A stretch of DNA of 30,539 nucleotides from an uncultured Coriobacteriaceae bacterium (GTDB lineage: Bacteria > Actinomycetota > Coriobacteriia > Coriobacteriales > Atopobiaceae). This document shows positions 8,902 to 15,904 of this stretch, piece after piece (positions within the stretch are counted from its first letter, which is position 1; each line of letters opens with the position of its first letter). The DNA lies in assembly GCA_964459685.1 (NCBI GenBank), contig CAYWNN010000001.1, forward strand, positions 1 to 30,539, written 5' to 3'. Both the position numbers and the translations under genes were made by a program. The notes beneath the pieces were generated by a model. That model saw only the letters and a list, made by a program, of their open reading frames with translations, made no database searches and was not told the origin of the DNA.

Positions 8902-10215
8902 CTAGCTCCCTTCCCTCACTACACCACCTAAAAGAGAAAAATCATCAAAGAAGTTTGGATAGGATTTCTCTACACATTGGGCTCCTTGGATAGTGACCGT
9001 ATCTGTGGCCAAAGTCGCAGCAATCGCAGCCTGCATACAAATACGATGGTCGGCTGCACTATCCACGATACCTCCCGTAAAGGTATCGACCCCTTCTATA
9101 ATAAGATCATTTCCTTCGACTCTTGCTCGTCCACCAAGTGCATTTATGCAGGAGGAAACGGATGCGAGTCGATCGCTTTCCTTAAGGCGCAGACGTTCAG
9201 CATGAGTAAAGCGACTGGTACCTTCAGCAAGGGCTGCGACAACTGCAAGAGGGGGCACCAAATCGGGAAAATCGCGTACATCAATTTCAGCGCCCTGTAG
9301 ATGATCGCGCTGCGCTGATGCCGTATTTCCTCTCCGTGTAATACGAGCTCCCAAGCGTGCCAGTGCGGCAAGGATGCTGCGGTCTCCTTGAGAACTCAGG
9401 AGGTTGAGCCCTGTTACCTGAAGTGGTGCGTCGCTCACGGCTCCAGCGGCAAGCCAAAAGGCTGCGTTTGACCAGTCACCTTCTATCTCAAAGCTTTCGG
9501 GGCTTTCGTAGTGTGCATCCGCAGGGACGATAAAGGTGGTAAAGCCTTCAGTTTCATGCTCGCTACACTCAGATGCTTCTATGACCTCTACGCCAAAAGA
9601 TTTCATAACGGATTTCGTGATGGATATATACGGCATTGATTGAATAGGATTCATTACTCGAATGCGCGTCTCTCCATCCATGGCGGGAGCTGCAAGCAAG
9701 AGTCCCGTGATGTATTGAGAAGAAACATCGCCGGGAAGTTCAAACTGGCCAGCACGAAGTTTTCCCGAAATGTACAAGGGGAAGCTTCCTTGCTCCGAGA
9801 GGTCACATCCAGCAGCAAGCATTTCTTCATAGAGAGGGGAGAGCGGACGTTTACTGAGCCTACCGCGCCCCACAAAGCAAGCCTCTGCACCCAAAGCTCC
9901 AACAAGAGGAAGCATAAATCTGAGGGTGGAGCCAGACTCCATACAATCTAGTGGGCTTGCAATATGTAGCTTTGAATGACGGTAGGTGGATGGTATGGGA
10001 TGAACAAGCATCCCCCCAGAACATCTTTCAATGCGCACCCCGAGCGTTTCTAGACATGAAATGGTGGTGTCTATATCAACCGATGTCGTGGGGCAGAGCA
10101 GCTTGGTTGGTCTGTTAGCGAGTGCTGCACATATGAGTGCTCTGTGTGCTACCGACTTAGAAGGAATGGCGGCAATGCTGCCTTTGAGCTGTTTTGGTTC
10201 AACGTAGATATCCAT
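8902..10215 (-). CDS. aroA: 3-phosphoshikimate 1-carboxyvinyltransferase (EPSP synthase)
   Basis: PSKSVAHRA, ESGSTLRF, SSQYITGLL, EGDWSNA, RLKESDR, DHRI, KSYPNFF. Confidence 0.97.
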   Translation of the reverse strand: MDIYVEPKQLKGSIAAIPSKSVAHRALICAALANRPTKLLCPTTSVDIDTTISCLETLGVRIERCSGGMLVHPIPSTYRHSKLHIASPLDCMESGSTLRFMLPLVGALGAEACFVGRGRLSKRPLSPLYEEMLAAGCDLSEQGSFPLYISGKLRAGQFELPGDVSSQYITGLLLAAPAMDGETRIRVMNPIQSMPYISITKSVMKSFGVEVIEASECSEHETEGFTTFIVPADAHYESPESFEIEGDWSNAAFWLAAGAVSDAPLQVTGLNLLSSQGDRSILAALARLGARITRRGNTASAQRDHLQGAEIDVRDFPDLVPPLAVVAALAEGTSRFTHAERLRLKESDRLASVSSCINALGGRARVEGNDLIIEGVDTFTGGIVDSAADHRICMQAAIAATLATDTVTIQGAQCVEKSYPNFFDDFSLLGGVVREGS

Positions 10216-10222
10216 AACTCTC

Positions 10223-11314
10223 CTAGGAAAGCGTGCAGCCTATGCGTACGATTTCATCCATTTCTTCGTATGAAACATATCTCAGCTCTACCCGACCAAT
10301 AGCAGCAGGAACAACGATGTTATATCCACCGGTCGTACGTTTTTTATCGTGAGACAGGTAGTTCATAAGCACATCGTGCGCAACATCGGTATCTGTTGGA
10401 AGCCCATACAAGGCACAGCAGTCCTCAATAAGACGAGGGATGTCATAAGAACACCAGCCCTTCTGGGCACAGGCACGAGCCATACAACACATCCCTGCTG
10501 CAACGGAGCTACCATGGCCTAGTCTGAAGTTTGAGGCAGCTTCGATTGCATGGCCAATGGTGTGGCCCAAATTAAGCACCTGCCGCAGTCCTTGTTCGTT
10601 TTCGTCGTTTATAACGACATCTCGTTTGATCTCAATATTGCGGGCAACGATCTCTTGGAGCTCATCGATATGGTCTGCATCTGCCGTGATAGCCGATGTG
10701 CTCAAACGTTTGAAGAGCGCTTCATCGGCGATGACCGCATGCTTAATCATCTCAGCACAGCTGTCACAAAAGAGCTCTGAGCTGAGACTGCCAAGGAGCT
10801 CTACATCAACAATGACAGCTTCCGGTTGGAAAAAAGCGCCCGCAAGATTTTTACCTGAGGGAAGGTCAACTGCTGTTTTGCCCCCAACTGAAGAATCGAC
10901 CATTGCGAGCAAGCTGGTAGGTATATGAACGACATGACAGCCCCTCATATACATAGCTGCAGCAAGTCCAGCCATATCACCAGTAACACCACCACCTAAA
11001 GCAACAATGCAATCCTTGCGCGAGAGCCCTGCTTGAGCGATATCGTCAAGAATGTGGCCAAGCGTTACGAGGTTCTTATGTGCCTCACCAGCCGGAAACT
11101 CAATAAGGGTGTTGTCAATGCCTGCACGAGTAAGTGAGCTCTGTACACGATCTGCGTATAGCCCAGACACAGTATCGTCAGAAACAATGCAGGTAGATAC
11201 CTTGCCTAGAAGCTCTCGTATGTTTGTGCCGACCGTATCTATGAGCCCGCGCCCAACGACTACTTCATAGCTTTTTGATGGGGTGTCAACCTGAATTCTC
11301 TTATGAATGTTCAC
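10223..11314 (-). CDS. aroB: 3-dehydroquinate synthase
   Basis: GGGVTGDMAG, PTSLLAMVDSSVGGKT, GKNLAGAF, LNLGHTIGHAIE, DKK. GTG start overlaps the tyrA stop (GTGA). Confidence 0.97.
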   Translation of the reverse strand: MNIHKRIQVDTPSKSYEVVVGRGLIDTVGTNIRELLGKVSTCIVSDDTVSGLYADRVQSSLTRAGIDNTLIEFPAGEAHKNLVTLGHILDDIAQAGLSRKDCIVALGGGVTGDMAGLAAAMYMRGCHVVHIPTSLLAMVDSSVGGKTAVDLPSGKNLAGAFFQPEAVIVDVELLGSLSSELFCDSCAEMIKHAVIADEALFKRLSTSAITADADHIDELQEIVARNIEIKRDVVINDENEQGLRQVLNLGHTIGHAIEAASNFRLGHGSSVAAGMCCMARACAQKGWCSYDIPRLIEDCCALYGLPTDTDVAHDVLMNYLSHDKKRTTGGYNIVVPAAIGRVELRYVSYEEMDEIVRIGCTLS

Positions 11315-12210
11315 GAGCCTGTCTCCTGACTGGAAAGCTTTTCCTGTGCACGCTGTATGCTGTCGCCTTTTTGCAAGAGCTCAATGAGCGTATCTTCGTC
11401 GTGTTCATGTATCGCAGAACGCAGGTCTTCTAAGGAGGCAATAAGACTGTCGAGCTCCTGGGTGAGCCGCTGAGCGTTCTGCAAGAAAAGATCACACCAC
11501 ATAGCTGCGTTCATATGTGCGACACGCGTCAGATCTCTGTAGGAGCCACCGGAAAAGCCAAGACGTTCCTTATTGGTAGGGCTTTTCACATAAGCATTAG
11601 CAATCGCATGGGGCAGCTGAGACGTGTAGGCAATCATGCGATCGTGGTTCTCTGGCGTGGTAAGGGTGAGCTTTCCAAACTTACAACAGGCAAGTAAATT
11701 CATAATGCGCTCGAGCATATCTGCGCGGACGAAATCATCGAGGTAGGGTGCAGGACACAAGACCAAGGGAGCATTCTCGAACAAGCTGCTTTTCGCATGG
11801 GCAAAACCAGAATATTGCGAGCCAGCCATAGGATGAGCTCCGCAAAAATACCAAGCCTTGTCCCGAGCAATCTCGAAGGCAGCCTTGCAGATATTCTCTT
11901 TGATACCACAGGCATCGATAACGATGGCTCCAGGGCTCACAAGCTCTGCATGCTCTTCTAGCCAGCGTATGCAAGAGTCGGCATAACTACACAATACAAT
12001 GAGCTCGCAACTTGGAATTGTTTCATGGTTGAGCGCCCCATCGACTGTTTCAACCTGTGCAAGCTCGAGGATTGCCTCTGTACGGTTGTAGGCATACACC
12101 TCATGTCCTGCCGCATGAAAGGCTTTTGCAAATGATCCACCAATAAGCCCGAGGCCAACTACTCCAATACGCCCAGGAATAAAGGTCGAAGAAGCAGCAG
12201 TAGATTCCAC
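11311..12210 (-). CDS. tyrA: Prephenate dehydrogenase (TyrA)
   Basis: GLGLIGGS Rossmann motif, HPMAG, HDRMIAYTSQLPH, GGSYRDLTRVA. N-R-T rather than Asp after beta2 suggests NADP acceptance. Confidence 0.94.
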   Translation of the reverse strand: MESTAASSTFIPGRIGVVGLGLIGGSFAKAFHAAGHEVYAYNRTEAILELAQVETVDGALNHETIPSCELIVLCSYADSCIRWLEEHAELVSPGAIVIDACGIKENICKAAFEIARDKAWYFCGAHPMAGSQYSGFAHAKSSLFENAPLVLCPAPYLDDFVRADMLERIMNLLACCKFGKLTLTTPENHDRMIAYTSQLPHAIANAYVKSPTNKERLGFSGGSYRDLTRVAHMNAAMWCDLFLQNAQRLTQELDSLIASLEDLRSAIHEHDEDTLIELLQKGDSIQRAQEKLSSQETGS

Positions 12211-12213
12211 AGC

Positions 12214-13233
12214 CTATTCACCAACTTCATGAACGGCAGAACGAATAACACGGATTTTATTCATGGCGGTCTCGAATTGGGCTGGGGTTAGTGCCTGTGC
12301 TCCGTCAGACCAAGCGTTTGCGGGACAATCGTGGACATCAATTTCTAACCCGTCAGCACCTGCAGCACAGGCAGCACAGGACATAGGCACGACGTAGCGG
12401 GTATATCCGGTACCATGGCTGGGATCTACCACGACAGGTAAATGCGTAAGATGATGCAGAACAGGTACTGCATTCAAATCTAATGTGCTGCGAGTACGCG
12501 TTTCAAAGGTGCGAATACCACGCTCACATAGGATGACATTGTTGTTGCCCTCTGCCATGATGTACTCGGCAGCCATAAGCAGTTCATCAAGTGATTCGGA
12601 TATACCACGTTTCAAAAGGATGGGGCGTTGTGTTTTACCCACCTCTTTGAGCAGGGAGAAGTTCTGAGCGTTTTTGGTGCCTATCTGCAATATATCGATG
12701 TCGTGATCTTCAAAAAGCGCCACATCTCTTGGGTCTAATACTTCACTACAAATGGGCATGGAAAGCTCCGCACGAGCTTCGCATAACAAGTCGAGGCCAG
12801 CCCGGCCCATGCCTTGATTTGAATACGGTGAGCTTCTTGGCTTATATGCACCGCCTCGAATAATGGTGGCGCCACTGGCTTTGGTGGCGCGGCAAATATC
12901 AATGAGATTGGCCCCTTCAACAGCGGAAGGACCCGCAATGACAGCAAAGTGACCGCCGCCAATTTTCACACCATAACCACAATCAACAATCGTATCTTGA
13001 GGATGAAACTTCCTATTTGCCTTTTTAAAGGATTCGGATACCCGTTGAACTCGTTCTACGATATCCATGCTTTCAAGCAAAAATGGATCTATTTGTGTGG
13101 TATCTCCTACAAGTCCAACGATTATTTCTGATTCACCGCGTGAAATATGTGCCTGCAGATCCTTTGATTCAATCCATGTAACAAGATGTGAAAGCTGTTC
13201 ATCGGAAATAGTTGGTTTAAGTACGGCTATCAT
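12214..13233 (-). CDS. aroF: Type I-beta DAHP synthase with N-terminal ACT/ferredoxin-like regulatory domain; active site divergent
   Basis: Thermotoga-type N-terminal domain, RGGAYKPRSSPY, KRG, CERGIRTFE, DPSHG, SDGAQAL. Substitutions in catalytic motifs are described under findings. Confidence 0.92.
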   Translation of the reverse strand: MIAVLKPTISDEQLSHLVTWIESKDLQAHISRGESEIIVGLVGDTTQIDPFLLESMDIVERVQRVSESFKKANRKFHPQDTIVDCGYGVKIGGGHFAVIAGPSAVEGANLIDICRATKASGATIIRGGAYKPRSSPYSNQGMGRAGLDLLCEARAELSMPICSEVLDPRDVALFEDHDIDILQIGTKNAQNFSLLKEVGKTQRPILLKRGISESLDELLMAAEYIMAEGNNNVILCERGIRTFETRTRSTLDLNAVPVLHHLTHLPVVVDPSHGTGYTRYVVPMSCAACAAGADGLEIDVHDCPANAWSDGAQALTPAQFETAMNKIRVIRSAVHEVGE

Positions 13234-13270
13234 GGTTTTCCTCTTCTTGATGTAATGGATTGTGGAAGTG

Positions 13271-13300
13271 TTGATTCTACCGTATCCAACTCAATATAAT
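13271..13300 (+). promoter_or_regulatory. sigma70-type promoter for tRNA-Arg
   Basis: TTGATT (13271-13276)-N18-TATAAT (13295-13300), 20 bp upstream of the tRNA. It overlaps a minus-strand TAGAAT hexamer (13274-13279) that may serve the aro operon. Confidence 0.6.
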
Positions 13301-13320
13301 GTCGAGCGATGGTGTTTGAC

Positions 13321-13397
13321 GCCCTTGTAGCTCAGTGGATGAGAGCGTTCGCCTCCGGAGCGAAAGGTCGCGGGTTCGAGCCCCGCCGAGGGCACCA
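13321..13397 (+). tRNA. tRNA-Arg (anticodon CCG)
   Basis: Cloverleaf: acceptor GCCCTTG/CGAGGGC, anticodon arm TTCGC-CTCCGGA-GCGAA, T arm GCGGG-TTCGAGC-CCCGC, encoded 3' CCA. Confidence 0.98.
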
Positions 13398-13450
13398 TTT
13401 CCTCCCGAGTTATGGGAGTTATCGTATCCCACATGAAGGAGGACCTCACT

Positions 13451-15904
13451 ATGAACGATGCCACGCCGGGGCGCATCCGGGGTCTTTCGCAAGCTGAGGT
13501 GGCTCAGCGCATTCGTGAGGGCAAAGTTAATGTAAACAGTGATGTTCCCACCAAGACGGTTTCGCAAATTGTTGCGGAGCATGCTTTTACGCCATTTAAC
13601 GGTCTTATGATTGCTCTGGCTGTGCTTGTTTTGTTTACGGGGCAGTTTTCTAACGTATTCTTCGTGCTTCCCGTTTTCGCGAACCTCATTATCGGAGCAT
13701 TTCAGGAGATACGAGCAAAGAAGGCAATCGATAAGCTCTCAATACTTGCCGCACGTCCTGTACGAGTTATACGTGATGGGGTTGAGCAGTCCATTCCTAT
13801 CGAACAGGTTGTACTTGACGACTGTGTGCGCCTGGGGCGTGGCGACCAGGTTCCTGCTGACTCAGTAGTGTTGGCAGGGGAGGCATCGCTGAATGAAAGT
13901 CTCATTACGGGTGAGTCAGTGCCGGTTGATAAGCGCCGTGGGAGTGAGCTCGTAAGTGGGAGTTTTCTCGATTCAGGATCTGTGATTTGCAAGGTCATTC
14001 GTGTAGGAGCAGAAGGATATGCTGCTCGTATAAATGCGGGCGCACGCCAAGTGAGAAAAAGTCATTCAGAGATTCTCGACTCCTTAAATGACCTTATACG
14101 AGTAGTAACCGTCATATTCATTCCCTTAGGTATCTTCCTATTTGTCAGAACCGTACAAACAGGTACCTCTACGGTGGATGCCATTCTTACCACGGTTTCT
14201 GCCATTGTTGGCATGGTTCCCCAAGGATTAATACTGCTCAGTAGCTCTGTGTTTGCGCTTGCGGCAACACGGCTGGCAACAAAGCACGTTCTTGTTCAAA
14301 AGCTTTATAGCATCGAAAGCTTTGCTCGCGTCGATGTGATGTGCTTGGATAAGACCGGAACTATTACCAGCGGCGAGATGGAAGTAAAGCACATACAGCC
14401 ATTTCACAGCACGGACAATACCAGTCTCCTTCGAGCACTTGTTGCCTTAATTGCAGCTGCTGGTGAGGATCTCAACGAAACAAGCCTTGCCATTCGTTCA
14501 TTTCTTCAAACACAGCATGTGCGCTCAGAAGCGATAGCACGCTACATTCCTTTTTCATCTGCAACTAAATGTTCGGGCTGCATTACTCGTTCCGGCGCTG
14601 CATATGTAATGGGGGCAGCACAATTTGTACTGCCTCATCTCTCCGACGAGATTGTTCAGGACCTGCAAGCATTTGGAGATACGGCACGTGTATTAGTGGT
14701 TGCGAGCTGCGATGGATTTAGCGCACAAGGTGCGATAGTTGGAACACCTCAGCTGCTTGGTTATGTGGCGCTGCAGGATACCATTCGAGAAAGTGCTCCA
14801 CATACGATACGCTTTTTTACTAAACGCGATGTCCGCCTCGTTGTTATCTCGGGTGACGACCCTAAGACGGTATCTGCTATCGCGCAGCGCGTTGGCATAC
14901 CTGGTGCAACTGAGTATGTCGATGCCTCAACCCTTACGACACCCCTTCTTCTTCGTCAGGCAGTAGATAAGTACTGCATCTTTGGTCGTGTTACTCCCGA
15001 TCAAAAACGCTCGCTCATTCGTGCATTTCGCTATGCAGGGCACTGCGTTGCCATGACAGGTGATGGGGTAAACGACGTCCTTGCTCTGCGCGAGGCAGAC
15101 TGCTCGGTGGCAGTATCTTCTGGATCGGATGTTGCACGTAATGTTGCCGATTTAGTGCTGGTGGACAATGACTTTGCTCACATGGCTGAGATAGTTGCTG
15201 AAGGGCGTAAGTCTATTAACAATTTGCAGCGTTCAGCATCGCTTTTTACGGTAAAGACGGTCTTTACCATGCTTCTAGCTTTTATATGTGCTGTGTTCCC
15301 GCCATATCCATTTATGCCTATTCAGTCGACACTCATTTCCGTTGCAGTCATTGGTGTGCCGTCACTGATGTTGGCAGTTGAACCAAATCAGGAACGATTA
15401 AAGGGCCATTTTTTGGTTAACGTGCTTGCTCGCTCAATTCCCGCGTCGCTTGGGATTGTATTAGGCCTTGTTCTCATCCTCTTTGTAGACCGCATAACAG
15501 GTATGGCTGATAGTCAAACTTCAACTATGTGTATGTATGTGGTGTCTGCTGTTGGTTTTGCCCTTATATCTACTCTCGCAACACCATTAACATTTATGCG
15601 CGCGGCAGTTCTTGTAGTAGTTGCCGGCATTATGATTTTTGGCTGCACTACCTTTGCATCCTTTTTTGAGGTAGCAAGCATTAGCGTTTGGCAGTGCATA
15701 CTTACGCTTATTGCGGTGTGCATTGGCGTTATTAGCTTTGCATGCCTGTATCGACGTATTACAAAGAACTCCGTAGAGGATGGCTTTATAGGTCATTTTG
15801 TTACCTGGCTTGGAGGAAGGCATGACATACACCGACAGAGCAGATTCTTCCCAGACCTGCGAAATCTCTTCGATGACATCATTCATCGATTCAGAAGATC
15901 TTAA
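13451..15904 (+). CDS. P-type cation-transporting ATPase, CtpE-like
   Basis: TGES, DKTGT (Asp codon at 14348), SGDD, GRVTPDQK, MTGDGVND; hydrophobic N- and C-terminal helices. Start moved to ATG 13451 after SD AAGGAGG. M4 motif is PQGL. Confidence 0.92.
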   Translation: MNDATPGRIRGLSQAEVAQRIREGKVNVNSDVPTKTVSQIVAEHAFTPFNGLMIALAVLVLFTGQFSNVFFVLPVFANLIIGAFQEIRAKKAIDKLSILAARPVRVIRDGVEQSIPIEQVVLDDCVRLGRGDQVPADSVVLAGEASLNESLITGESVPVDKRRGSELVSGSFLDSGSVICKVIRVGAEGYAARINAGARQVRKSHSEILDSLNDLIRVVTVIFIPLGIFLFVRTVQTGTSTVDAILTTVSAIVGMVPQGLILLSSSVFALAATRLATKHVLVQKLYSIESFARVDVMCLDKTGTITSGEMEVKHIQPFHSTDNTSLLRALVALIAAAGEDLNETSLAIRSFLQTQHVRSEAIARYIPFSSATKCSGCITRSGAAYVMGAAQFVLPHLSDEIVQDLQAFGDTARVLVVASCDGFSAQGAIVGTPQLLGYVALQDTIRESAPHTIRFFTKRDVRLVVISGDDPKTVSAIAQRVGIPGATEYVDASTLTTPLLLRQAVDKYCIFGRVTPDQKRSLIRAFRYAGHCVAMTGDGVNDVLALREADCSVAVSSGSDVARNVADLVLVDNDFAHMAEIVAEGRKSINNLQRSASLFTVKTVFTMLLAFICAVFPPYPFMPIQSTLISVAVIGVPSLMLAVEPNQERLKGHFLVNVLARSIPASLGIVLGLVLILFVDRITGMADSQTSTMCMYVVSAVGFALISTLATPLTFMRAAVLVVVAGIMIFGCTTFASFFEVASISVWQCILTLIAVCIGVISFACLYRRITKNSVEDGFIGHFVTWLGGRHDIHRQSRFFPDLRNLFDDIIHRFRRS

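Noticed and set aside
13380-13397. tRNA 3' end as an integration site
   Set aside because: No second copy of the tRNA 3' end and no integrase in the window; the flanking genes are housekeeping.
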